A program made the position numbers and the translations under genes. Shown in pieces: positions 51,520 to 63,545 of a stretch of DNA of 64,000 nucleotides. Position 1 is the stretch's first letter, and each line of letters opens with the position of its first letter. The notes under the pieces are model-generated. The model was not told the DNA's origin, searched no databases, and saw nothing but the letters and a program-made list of their open reading frames with translations. The stretch lies in assembly GCA_965235115.1 (NCBI GenBank), contig OZ249444.1:24800001-24864000 (forward strand), given 5' to 3'. Source of the stretch: Laetmonice hystrix. Taxonomy: Eukaryota.

Positions 51520-52795
51520 CCTGTGCCCTACCTGTACACAACCTGACCGCCCCCTGTACGGGCCCCCTACCTGTACACAACCTGACCGCCCCCTGTACGG
51601 GTCCCCTACCTGTACACAACCTGACCGCCCCCTGTACGGGCCCCCTACCTGTACACAACCTGACCGCCCCCTGTACGGGCCCCCTACCTGTACACAACCT
51701 GACCGCCCCCTGTACGGGCCCCCTACCTGTACACAACCTGACCGCCCCCTGTACGGGCCCCCTACCTGTACACAACCTGACCGCCCCCTGTACGGGTCCC
51801 CTACCTGTACACAACCTGACCGCCCCCTGTACGGGTCCCCTACCTGTACACAACCTGACCGCCCCCTGTACGGGCCCCCTACCTGTACACAACCTGACCG
51901 CCCCCTGTACGGGCCCCCTACCTGTACACAACCTGACCGCGCCCTGTACGGGTCCCCTACCTGTACATAACCTGACCGCCCCCTGTACGGGCCCCCTACC
52001 TGTACACAACCTGACCGCGCCCTGTACGGGCCCCGTGTACGGGCCCCCTACCTGTACACAACCTGACCGCGCCCTGTACGGGCCCCGTGTACGGGTCCCC
52101 TACCTGTACACAACCTGACCGCCCCCTGTACGGGCCCCCTACCTGTACACAACCTGACCGCCCCCTGTACGGGCCCCCTACCTGTACACAACCTGACCGC
52201 CCCCTGTACGGGCCCCCTACCTGTACACAACCTGACCGCCCCCTGTACGGGCCCCCTACCTGTACACAACCTGACCGCGCCCTGTACGGGCCCCGTGTAC
52301 GGGCCCCGTGTACGGGTCCCCTACCTGTACACAACCTGACCGCCCCCTGTACGGGCCCCCTACCTGTACACAACCTGACCGCCCCCTGTACGGGCCCCGT
52401 GTACGGGCCCCGTGTACGGGTCCCCTACCTGTACACAACCTGACCGCCCCCTGTACGGGCCCCCTACCTGTACACAACCTGACCGCGCCCTGTACGGGCC
52501 CCGTGTACGGGTCCCCTACCTGTACACAACCTGACCGCCCCCTGTACGGGCCCCCTACCTGTACACAACCTGACCGCGCCCTGTACGGGCCCCGTGTACG
52601 GGCCCCGTGTACGGGTCCCCTACCTGTACACAACCTGACCGCCCCCTGTACGGGCCCCCTACCTGTACACAACCTGACCGCGCCCTGTACGGGCCCCCTG
52701 TACGGGCCCCCTGTACGGGCCCCCTACCCGTACACAACCTGACCGCCCCCTGTACGGGCCCCCTGTACGGGCCCCCTACCTGTACACAACCTGAC
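51520..52795. repeat. 39-bp minisatellite with ~14-bp sub-duplications in its distal half
   Basis: CCTACCTGTACACAACCTGACCGCCCCCTGTACGGGCCC. Confidence 0.96.
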
Positions 52796-53672
52796 CCCCA
52801 CCAGACTCTGCCCCTCACGAATCATTCGCACACCGTCCCTCCACGATATCTACTCGGTTTGTAAACGGGCGGCTTTCCCTTAACAAACACCCTGATCGTG
52901 GCAAGTACAAACACTTAGACGGCCCACGACCAGTCTACCATTGTTCTCTTTCATGTCTTCCACAACAAGGCATTGCTTGTCTAGAAAAACCTGTCTCAAT
53001 TCGCCGCATGTTTTCCTAGAGAGAGAGAGAGCCACGTGAACAACAATAGTCTTTACAAGTTTTAGAGTTTTTGTTAGCCGATCATGTTTCCGTGTAGTCT
53101 TGCCTTGTCCCTTGTGATAACATACAATAATCCTCCCTAGATCTCAACTCACACTCATTATATATTCATTCCCCGATCTACAAGGTTGATCTGTGGCTTA
53201 TGTTCTCTCACCTTTTGCCCTAAATCCCCAGAAAACTAGAAAAAGGATCTAAAACCCGTTCCATACAACTTGAGCACGATCTGCTATTGCCTTGACTTAT
53301 TTACCAAATAATTCTCCTCAAAGTCCATGTCACAGGTCTGTAAATGTACTTTGATGTTCTCAAAATTGCTCCAATCTGCACAAATGGCCACCATTCACAT
53401 CCCATTATATCCCAATCTTTTACCTGAATCCGTTCAATGATAGGGTGATTGTCATACCTCGTCACTGGTTTCTGGGTCACACATTTCAAAGGACGGAGTA
53501 TGGAGGTTTTCTCCCCCTCTTCCTCAGTGTTGTGTCCCAGACAACCGGGCCGTTTTGAGATGTGCCCCGACAACAGTCCCAGACAATCATGTCGTTTTGA
53601 GATGTGCCCTAAGAACTATCCCAGACAACCAACCCATTTTGAGATGTACCCTGAGAACCTTGTAGTACTCAC

Positions 53673-53739
53673 CATGGATGAACCGGAAGAGAACCATGAT
53701 CTTGTCAAGGAGACGCTCCAATTCTTCCTCTGTGGCCTC
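53673..53739 (-). CDS. CUL4: Cullin-4 exon (EATEEELERLLDKIMVLFRFIH(G))
   Basis: tttgtttacag acceptor and gtgagt donor, 67 nt, phase 0/1. Joins the 17009 exon across a 36,663-nt intron (G|GC = Gly). Confidence 0.96.
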
Positions 53740-53774
53740 CTGTAAACAAACCAGAACAGCTCACCTGAGTAAGA

Positions 53775-54100
53775 TAAAAGTTAACATAGACCCTCACCAA
53801 ACACTGCCAGTCCTGTCACAGGATTTTATAATTACACCAAGTTAAGATAGACCCTCACCAAACACTCCCAGTCCTGTCACAGGATTTTATAATTACACCA
53901 AGTTAACATTAGACCCTCACCAAACACTCCCAGTCCTGTCACAGGATTTTATAATTACACCAAGTTAACATTAGACCCTCACCAATCACTCCCAGTCCTG
54001 TCACAGGATTTTATAATTACACCAAGTTAACATAGACCCTCACCAAACACTGCCAGTCCTGTCACAGGATTTTATAATTACACCAAGTTAACATATACCG
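53775..54100. repeat. ~61-bp repeat, ~5 copies
   Basis: AAGTTAACATAGACCCTCACCAAACACTGCCAGTCCTGTCACAGGATTTTATAATTACACC; a ~42-bp x3 repeat lies on the other side of the exon (~53536-53650). Confidence 0.92.
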
Positions 54101-55439
54101 AAGGGTAACTTTCAAATACTCTCTAATGTATACTCTGTTTACGAGATAACATTTGGAAGTATTCTTAAAATGAGGCAAATTCTAACTGCCTGGCAGTATT
54201 GGTAGTGATGACGATAACAAACAAAATGTTCCCGCTACATTCTAGATAATCATTATCTAACGGCTTCACGCGATCTTAATGACTTAATCAACATATCATT
54301 TCTCATAATCCCTTTAATAATTTCACTCAATGACGTGCAACATTTCATTTTCTCCACGTGTTTGTAGAAGTATAATTATGCATTGTTTCTCCTATAAAAC
54401 ACCTACAGGATATAATAAAGGATAACTAAGTGGCCAGATTTTACAAGCACCAGAGAATGCATCCAATTTCAAAATGTGTCTCTGGGTATCAAGATGTGTA
54501 CTGATACAAACAGACAGACAAGTCATTTTTCTGACTCCTCCCGGAGAAAATGACACAGTCCTGTAAGTGAGTCCGGCAAATGGCCTCCAGAAAACACATC
54601 TCTATCCTGTGTCAGTGTGGTCCATTAACCTGGCTCTGAGTGACTGCTGTCAGTCACCTATATCAACCCCAACAGATGTCGACAGATGTTAACAGATGTT
54701 AACACTTGGTTCAATAATCATGTTTCTGAATTATCTGCCAGAAACCATGTTCATACTGATACGTGTAGCAACATTATTGGCTTACACCAGCGCCGCGATC
54801 TCTGATATATTTCAGATACTGTGGCAGTAGGTGTATCTATAAAATCCTGATGTGATATTCATCCTCATCTTACAACGAGAGAGGTTTCTACATGAAGCCT
54901 GCTGTCAGACATCTGGTGGATTGGGTTCATTTCGTTCAACCCAACCTACCAATAAACAAAACTAGGATCTAATCAGTGTGGGAGAAACCCTTTAAATACC
55001 TTCATCTTCGACCTGCACTCGGCACAGCTCGCTAATAACTAATGTTAATGAGTCGACCTAGCTTTTTGACATCAATTCTTCCTTGACTGGTACAGCGACA
55101 CTTCTCGGCAAAATTACACGTCATTCAAACCTTCCCTGCCTTTCAATCTGCTTTCATTGTTATCAAACCCTCTCAGCCCCCCCCCCCCCCATCCACCCTC
55201 CACCCACGGTGCTTTCACACCTGATCACAGGTAGCAAACGTCTACCTCAGCCACTTCCCGCTGATAGCGCCATGGCCCACTGAGTATGTGGTAAACACGC
55301 CAGCGGTAGCTGTCACTCCGAATGGTGCAATCTAACCTCACCACACACTTCTCAACACATACCGTGTTTACACCCAAAATATATCAAAATCACTTTCTAT
55401 ACCCATCCTGACGTCTGTGAGTTACATCACAAATCTTCT

Positions 55440-55735
55440 AAACTGTGCTGGTCGACATGGTAATCTTCCACCCTTACAGACTGTGCCGGTCAACATGTTA
55501 ATCTTCCACCCTCACAGACTGTGACGGTCAACATGTTAATCTTCCACCCTCACAGACTGTGCCGGTCAACATGGTAATCTTCCACCTTCACAGACTGTGC
55601 CGGTCAACATGGTAATCTTCCACCTTCACAGACTGTGCCGGTCAACATGTTAATCTTCCACCCTTACAGACTGTGCCGGTCAACATGTTAATCTTCCACC
55701 CTTACACTAAGTTACAGACTGTGCCGGTCAACATG
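55440..55735. repeat. 38-bp repeat, ~7 copies
   Basis: CAGACTGTGCCGGTCAACATG(T/G)TAATCTTCCACC. Confidence 0.9.
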
Positions 55736-55930
55736 TAATGTACACCCACAGTATTTCAATCCCTCAACTGAGCGAAACACGGAACAGCTGGTCAATACAT
55801 CATCTCATGTAAAAACATCATCTCATGTAAAAACCACAGATGGAGCGCCGTTTCGTCATGCCGATTTCTTTTTTTCTAGGTTACCCCCCACTGGTACCTA
55901 AATTCAGACAAATTAACAACAACTGCTTAC

Positions 55931-55968
55931 CTTGTTTCCTGCCCGGAGTTTAGTATCTACATATTTGG
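55931..55968 (-). CDS. CUL4: Cullin-4 micro-exon ((A)KYVDTKLRAGNK), 38 nt, absent from the ORF track
   Basis: tttgtttccag acceptor and gtaagc donor, phase 1/0. Fills exactly the gap between PAELI and EATEEE. Confidence 0.95.
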
Positions 55969-56044
55969 CTGGAAACAAACAAAAAAATCATGTTTTTAGG
56001 TCATCAATCATAAAAATGTGTGAACATTGCATAATACTGCAGTT

Positions 56045-56745
56045 ACATGATGAATCTACACCAGTTACTATCTACATAGCAGATGAATCTACATCAGTTA
56101 CTATCTACATAGCAGATGAATCTACATCAGTTACTATCTACATAGCAGATGAATCTACATCAGTTACTATCTACATAGCAGATGAATCTACATCAGTTAC
56201 TATCTACATAGCAGATGAATCTACATCAGTTACTATCTACATAGGAGATGAATCTACATCAGTTACTCTCTACATAGCAGATGAATCTACATCAGTTACT
56301 ATCTACATAGCAGATGAATCTACATCAGTTACTATCTACATAGCAGATGAATCTACATCAGTTACTATCTACATAGGAGATGAATCTACATCAGTTACTA
56401 TCTACATAGGAGATGAATCTACATCAGTTACTATCTACATAGCAGATGAATCTACATCAGTTACTATCTACATAGCAGATGAATCTACATCAGTTACTAT
56501 CTACATAGCAGATGAATCTACATCAGTTACTATCTACATAGCAGATGAATCTACATCAGTTACTATCTACATAGCAGATGGATCTACATCAGTTACTATC
56601 TACATAGCAGATGAATCTACATCAGTTACTATCTACATAGCAGATGAATCTACATCAGTTACTATCTACATAGCAGATGAATCTACATCAGTTACTATCT
56701 ACATAGCAGATGAATCTACATCAGTTACTATCTACATAGGAGAGC
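56045..56745. repeat. 33-bp minisatellite, ~21 copies, filling most of an 826-nt CUL4 intron
   Basis: GATGAATCTACATCAGTTACTATCTACATAGCA. Confidence 0.96.
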
Positions 56746-56794
56746 AATGAGCGTCTAGGAATGAGTACTCGAATGTTGTTATAGAAAGTTTTAC

Positions 56795-56923
56795 CTATGA
56801 GTTCAGCAGGCTTGTTTTGACGTTGGTTGATGAAATACTCAAACGCTTCCTTCATAGCATTGATGAACTTCTCATTCTTACCGAAACACACGTCGATAAT
56901 ATTGTCTATCTTGTCTTTGAAGT
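56795..56923 (-). CDS. CUL4: Cullin-4 exon ((D)[42 protein letters not shown]), first CUL4 exon found in the window
   Basis: tttgcag acceptor and gtaaaa donor, 129 nt, phase 1/1. Contains FKDK..NKPAELI. Confidence 0.96.
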
Positions 56924-57256
56924 CTGCAAACACAGAGAGTGGGCAGGCAAATTACACATGTGAATCTTTGGTGATGTACACAAACTGTAATTATTACCAC
57001 CCTTGCTAGAACCTCCCACGTAGTGTTAACTCATGTCTATATCTAGTCGGGTATACGTGTTGTGATTAGGGCCCGTTTCTGGGTGGAGTTTCAGTCGACA
57101 TTTACTGTCCATCCTCACGAGCCAGAGGGATCATCTCAGACTTACGGTTCATGAACTAGAACAGTCAAGTTTAGACCCCGATAAACCCGGCCCGATGGAA
57201 GTATATCTGATATATAGCTACAAGAATTAAAACAATTGTGTGTCAATCATTTTCAG

Positions 57257-57463
57257 GACCACTGGGCGTGTCCGAGTCGCTGCGAGCCTGTCCTGATGAC
57301 TATACGTGGAATCCTCAGCTGAGAAAATGTTACAAGTTCGCCAATGATCGCATTACGTGGCGTATGGCCCGGGAGAAATGTCGGGCGGGAGGTGCGGACC
57401 TCGTGTCCATAGAATCTCAGAGAGAGCAGAGATTTATCCAGGAAACTGCCAGGACAACCAAAG
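57257..57463 (+). CDS. C-type lectin exon 2 (N-terminal half of a long-form CTLD)
   Basis: cattttcag acceptor and AAG|GTGGG donor, 207 nt, phase 1/1. Reads CPDDYTWNPQLRKCYKF..ITWRMAREKCRAGGADLVSIESQREQRFI. Confidence 0.9.
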
Positions 57464-58562
57464 GTGGGCCCACCGAACCAACAACTGGTTCCATTTCTAC
57501 TTGATCTTACACCAACTTGTAAATTGTAGAGAGATTGTCTGCACATTCTTCTAATAAATAATATCATCAAGTTATGTCAAATATATCCTAGGATGTCTTC
57601 AGGTTTGTCAACTCGCCGCAAACTATTATCCTGTGATAGTATACCATGTTCCAGTATTTTTACTCACTAACATCTGTGCTGACATCCATGTCAACAATAT
57701 CATAATGGTTTCTCTACACGCCATCATACTTGACAAAAATAACAAACAGAAAGGTAAAGAAAAAACTCTCATCTTTATCTTCCACATCACAACAAGGTTC
57801 GCTCGAGTTTAACATGACAGTTTACAGATGTCATTTTATGGTTTGCCTCTAGGCTGAATGATCCAACAACAGATAAACTCATCAACATAGTTCATCAAAC
57901 TGGGCAAAGACTTTAGCCACTAAATGCTATAAATCAGATGAATTTCTAATATCCAAAGTTTACATAAATCATTTTATTAGTTCAATAAATAATTTTAACA
58001 TCTAATCTTAGTCCTAAAATCTATCAACTGCCATTCTCGAGGTTCTAGCCATATCACATTAATTGAATTTCTTATCAGACTGAAGACAGGATATGTAGGG
58101 TTAAATACACCTGAAACTATTTGTCATGGGACGCCTAATGTCGGAGACAGAACAAAACCAGAGCTCTGTAAGTAACCGGGCTCTGACTCGACGAGTTCTC
58201 ATTACACAACATGATCACAAACACACGCTCCAATTGTCGGCTCTGTCAGTCCATGATCTCCCACATCATCCACTCTCCCATTCCGGGAGAATTACAGACC
58301 AGAGGCGGGCAAACTGCTTCCTAACACCGGCAGTAAACCTGACTGCTACCCGACCAGGTCAGGTATGGGATCCCAGTTAAAGGTTCCTACGAATACTGAT
58401 TGCTAGGATACTGAGGCCTAACACCACGCCTACAGCCCTGCCCTCACAGATATACATCAACAATTTCTTCAAGGATAGTCAAATACATCATGGACCCCCT
58501 CAACCAACTTATTCTGCATGCACGTCTTTCATGTCCCTCCTCCGTCCTATACAATCATACAT

Positions 58563-59170
58563 GAAGACAGTCTGAAACGTTGTGCAGTCGCAACAAATTT
58601 ATAAAGACAGTCTGAAACGTTGTGCAGTCGCAACAATACTCAAATTTATAAAGACAGTCTGAAACGTTGTGCAGTCGCAACAATACTCAAATTTATAAAG
58701 GCAGTCTGAAACGTTGTGCAGTCGCAACAATACTCAAATGGAAATCACATTTCTATAAATGGTTGCGACAATTACCGGGCAAAATACGTGAAATCCACTA
58801 TCGGTAGGTGGACCCTGAAGGGGGCATTGGGACTTTCCTTACAGGCAGCTATTGAGAGTTTTCAAAAGGCATGTTTCAGGAGTTTGCTAAGAGTCAGGTG
58901 TGGGGAGTTTGCTAAGAGGCATGTTTCAGGAGTTTGCTAAGAGGCATGTTTCGGGAGTTTGCTAAGAGGCAGGTGTGGGGAGTTTGCTAAGAAGCATGTT
59001 TCAGGAGTTTGCTAAGAGGCAGGTGTAGGGGTTTGCTAAGAGGCAGGTGTGGGGAGTTTGCTAAGAAGCATGTTTCAGGAGTTTGCTAAGAGGCAGGTGT
59101 AGGGGTTTGCTAAGAGGCAGGTGTGGGGAGTTTGCTAAGAAGCATGTTTGAGGAGTTTGCTAAGAAGCAA
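58563..59170. repeat. 47-bp x4 repeat (~58563-58740) and ~25-bp repeat (~58855-59170)
   Basis: AAAGACAGTCTGAAACGTTGTGCAGTCGCAAC units, then GAGTTTGCTAAGAGGCA units. Confidence 0.9.
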
Positions 59171-60461
59171 CCTGTAAACATGTGGACATTGGGACATTCC
59201 CACACGCCACCTTCATCATTCCAGGCTGACAGTGCATCGGTTACTTCTAACGTACGGGCAGATTTTTATTGGTCACCAAATCCTGTGTAGTTTTTGACGT
59301 GAAGGGAGGCTCAGACTTCCATGTAGTCTCATCCAAATGGATTGAGAAGGTAAAAATAAGGCGGAGATCATGTAATGCAATGATACACTGTTAGCATGCG
59401 TCATTGCAGAAGTCATCAGTGCCCATAGAAACAGAAAGTAACAAAAAACAACGCCCGACATTCAAGTTCTAGTCACTATCTGACTTCTTGTATCATGGAG
59501 AAGAATCGGTGACCAGAGCGCGGAAAGTCTTCAAAGAAAACCTTTTTCTGCCAAGTTTAAATTGCCATGATTAAGGATTTTCTGACTAGAAGTCACTAAG
59601 AGCCTCCAGGTGTCTTTCAAACCTGATTGTACTGGGTGGGTGGTTCGGTCACTGACTCTATGATTTCAAGGGGTGTAAGGCATTAAGTGACCAGAACTGA
59701 CCACTGTCATCTGTCCAGTCCATGGTGACCGTTGTCCTATAGCCCTCACTACCCAATCCTTTCTATTCCCTCCGTCTCCGCGCTCTGTCATTGAATACCG
59801 TCATATTTAGTATTTACCTCAAATTGCTGCCGCTGCCGGCCGTCAGAACTCACGGGCGGGCCCCTATTTTATTAACCAACAATGGCACCAATTACGGCGT
59901 AAAAAGTGACAATATGGCCACTTAGTGCGTGCGCACAGGTGTCAATTGAATGTGCCTTGATGGAGAGCACGCAGAGAACCTGGCTTCGATCCTCCCGGCA
60001 GACAAAGGTATCCCCGCAAGGTCTGCAATGATTTTTGCAACATTAACTCTACTTCTTTCTGCAGCCTGTGCCAGCAAAGAGGTTTTCCCAGGGCAAACGG
60101 TATATCAAAAAGTGGCAGAATGGATAAACATTAGCCAAGGGTAATACTTTAATGGCACTGCCATCTTCTCTCTGCGTCCGTCAATATCAAAAAACCCGGT
60201 GAGAAAGGAGCTAATGTTTGCTCTGGCCCGACTTGGCATGGCGGACACTTCTCAGCAGGGTGAAGGAAACGCCACAGTGTCCCTACTTTTATAGATTTTG
60301 ATTCACCTTCACGTTAGTGTAACAGGTCTGTACTTGAGAAAATATTCACAATATTATTACTGCAATGTTTTATACACACATACATCAGTTCTGGGATATC
60401 GTTTGATCCTTCATGTGTATGATTATTATACTCCCGAGATTGATTATTTATGAAGCTCCCC

Positions 60462-61125
60462 CTTATTTTACAGTAGAACCGTGTAGTTTGCGCTAGGCGT
60501 GCACACGTCAGATATTTTACAGTAGAACCGTGTAGTTTGCGCTAGGCGTGCACGCGTCAGATATTTTACAGTAGAACCGTGTAGTTTGCGCTAGGCGTGC
60601 ACACGTCAGATATTTTACAGTAGAACCGTGTAGTTTGCGCTAGGCGTGCACGCGTCAGATATTTTACAGTAGAACCGTGTAGTTTGCGCTAGGCGTGTAC
60701 GCGTCAGATATTTTACAGTAGAACCGTGTAGTTTGCGCTAGGCGTGCACGCGTCAGATATTTTACAGTAGAACCGTGTAGTTTGCGCTAGGCGTGCACGC
60801 GTCAGATATTTTACAGTAGAACCGTGTAGTTTGCGCTAGGCGTGCACGCGTCAGATATTTTACAGTAGAACCGTGTAGTTTGCGCTAGACGTGCACGCGT
60901 CAGATATTTTACAGTAGAACCGTGTAGTTTGCGCTAGGCGTGCACGCGTCAGATATTTTACAGTAGAACCGTGTGATTTGCGCTAGGCGTGCATGCGTCA
61001 GATATTTTACAGTAGAACCGTGTAGTTTGCGCTAGGTAGAACCATGTAGTTTGCGCTAGGCGTGCACGCGTCAGATATTTTACAGTAGAACCGTGTAGTT
61101 TGCGCTAGGCGTGCACGTGTCACAT
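60462..61125. repeat. 49-bp minisatellite, ~13 copies
   Basis: ATATTTTACAGTAGAACCGTGTAGTTTGCGCTAGGCGTGCACGCGTCAG. Confidence 0.95.
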
Positions 61126-61229
61126 GACAGAATGATCTAGGCTGCCAGCCCCTCCTGCCCTTCCCTCCATGTCGGACGTGAGATAACACCTGGCCACATG
61201 TTATTGATGGCCTTCCTCCTGCATAGTAG

Positions 61230-61975
61230 ATGAGTACGAACCAATCGGTGCAAGCGTAGGAATCCTTGGTGTATGGCACACCTAAGGATAGGTATGAACC
61301 AATCGGTGAGGCATAGGGATCCTTGGTGTATGGCACACCTAAGGATAGGTATGAACCAATCGGTGAGGCATAGGGATCCTTGGTGTATGGCACACCTAAC
61401 GATAGGTAAGAACCAATCGGTGAGGCATAGGGATCCTTGGTGTACGGCACACCTAACGATGGGTACGAACCAATCGGTGCAGGCGTAGGGATCCTTGGTG
61501 TACGGCACACCTAACGATGGGTACGAACCAATCGGTGCAGGCGTAGGGATCCTTGGTGTACGGCACACCTAACGATGGGTACGAACCAATCGGTGCAGGC
61601 GTGGGAATCCTTGGTGTACGGCAGACCTAACGATGGGTACGAACCAATCGGTGCAGGCGTGGGAATCCTTGGTGTATGGCAGACCTAACGATGGGTACGA
61701 ACCAATCGGTGCAGGCGTGGGAATCCTTGGTGTATGGCAGAACTAACGATGGGTACGAACCAATCGGTGCAGGCGTGGGAATCCTTGGTGTATGGCAGAC
61801 CTAACGATGGGTACGAACCAATCGGTGCAGGCGTAGGAATCCTTGGTGTATGGCACACCTAACGATGGGTACGAACCAATCGGTGCAGGCGTAGGAATCC
61901 TTGGTGTATGGCACACCTAACGATGGGTACGAACCAATCGGTGCAGGCTTAGGAATCCTTGAATCCTTGATGGCA
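61230..61975. repeat. 57-58-bp minisatellite, ~13 copies
   Basis: GGGTACGAACCAATCGGTGCAGGCGTAGGAATCCTTGGTGTATGGCACACCTAACGAT. Confidence 0.95.
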
Positions 61976-62134
61976 GACCTAAACACATAACCCAGTCAAA
62001 TTGTTCGCTCGGTTTTAGTTTTGTCATATTCCACCTTGAACTCCACCATTCCGGTGGAAGTTAATGCAGCAGGCCTTCCTCAAAACATGGAAGACGGGGC
62101 TGTTATATGAAAAATCTGCTTCCAAGGACATTAC

Positions 62135-62535
62135 ACGTACATGACCATCCAGATAGAGTTGGCTAAAGGGTGCGGGTGCAACATTCCAAGTACGACCTTA
62201 ACCCTAACCCTAACTAACCCTAACCCTAACCCTCTATCATAGACCCAGTATACACGTGCATGACCATCCAGATAGAGTTGGCTAAAGGGTGCGGGTGCAA
62301 CATTCCAAGTACGACCTTAACCCTAACCCTAACTAACCCTAACCCTCTATCATAGACCCAGTATACACGTGTATGACCATCCAGATAGGGTTGGCTAAAC
62401 GGTTCGGGTGCAACATTCCAAGTACGACCTTAACCCTAACCCTAACCCTCTATCATAGACCTAGTATACACGTGTATGACCACCTGAATTGGGTTGGCTA
62501 AACGGTTCGGGTGCAACATTCCAAGTACGACCTTT
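62135..62535. repeat. ~110-120-bp repeat, ~3.5 copies, with embedded (TAACCC)3-5
   Basis: ACACGT..ATGACCATCCAGATAG..GGCTAAA..GGGTGCAACATTCCAAGTACGACCT followed by (TAACCC)n. Confidence 0.9.
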
Positions 62536-63186
62536 CTTAAATTCTTATTAAGAATTATAGCTGACTAAATCTGGCAAAAATACCCCGGAAACTTAAACTG
62601 GTTGGTTGGATCGACGAATAAATATTTCACGGTGAACAGGCTCACGTATCACTGGTATCCGCCGTCCAGGGTCACTGAGTTCACCCAGACCAGAGCCACC
62701 TGGCGGTGCCCGCGCTCATTAACATTGATCCCCGGTACCCGATACCTGAGGCTCGTCCGTCCCCGGGTAGGAGTATAGAAAGATACAGCGTTCGTTACCC
62801 CAGAAAACGAGACAAAATTAATTATGGTGACAGCCCCATTAAAAACATTTCCCTTCGCATGGATCGCTTACAACTGTGATCATGTCGTCCTCATAGACTC
62901 ATGGAAGATCTCATTAAAATCTGTTGGTAGAACAGGTGTGTGACACACTACTCAAAACATCCGCCAGGAGGTCTGTCTTTATTTCTAATCTGAAATGTGT
63001 TCAAATGTCGACAAATAAAATGAGACTCAAGTTTGGGTTTTCATGTTTCCAAATACCAAAGCATCCACTTTCATACACAAGCCAATATCCTTTGTCTTCA
63101 GGAAAAATGCAGATTTTTGTATTAGAAAACATTAACGTGTCCTTCCCCACGCACTACTCGGATGTTTCGTTTTTTTTCTTTTTCAG

Positions 63187-63422
63187 AAATGCGGCACTGC
63201 GATTTCTGGACGGGTGCGTCTGATTCGAACCACGATAAGGAATGGCGGTGGGTTGCTACGAAAGCGTCGCTCAGTTATACCAACTGGAACCACAATGAAC
63301 CAAACAACGGGAACGGGGACGAACACTGTATGCACATGTTGTGGGTGTTTGGTTGGATGTGGAATGACGCACGCTGTAACTACGACAGCTCGTGCTATAT
63401 CTGTGAGATACGACGACAGTAG
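63187..63422 (+). CDS. C-type lectin terminal exon (EPN and WND motifs)
   Basis: Long polypyrimidine tract and ttttcag acceptor, phase 1 (G|AA = Glu). Reads DFWTGASD..WRW..LSYTNWNHNEPNNGNGDEHCMHM..WNDARC..ICE, then TAG. The three exons total 807 nt = 268 aa plus stop. Confidence 0.92.
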
Positions 63423-63545
63423 GCCGACCTCGTGCAGAGGTCAATCCAAGGTCATACGACGACAGTAGGCCGACCTCGTGCACAGGTCAATCCAAGGTCA
63501 TACGACGACAGTAGGCCGACCTCGTGCACAGGTCAATCCAAGGTC
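63408..63545. repeat. 46-bp repeat, 3 copies, containing the lectin stop codon
   Basis: ATACGACGACAGTAGGCCGACCTCGTGCACAGGTCAATCCAAGGTC at 63408, 63454 and 63500. Confidence 0.92.

Noticed and set aside
50110-52864. Clusters of overlapping Pro/Gly-rich ORFs
   Set aside because: Artefacts of the 35- and 39-bp arrays. The same applies to the ORFs at 31175, 32160/32212, 42074 and 55932.
59260-59355. VVFDVKGGSDFHVVSSKWIEK followed by a GT donor-like site
   Set aside because: Vaguely like the N-terminus of some transposon-associated proteins, but I found no convincing acceptor, start or partner exon.
59950-60144. ILPADKG motif resembling Penelope-like reverse transcriptases
   Set aside because: Only a 7-residue match in a 64-aa ORF; the flanks do not continue the RT pattern. 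A tBLASTn or HMM search would be needed.
62190-62450. True chromosome end or telomere
   Set aside because: The tracts are only 3-5 units long, embedded in a larger repeat and flanked by exons.
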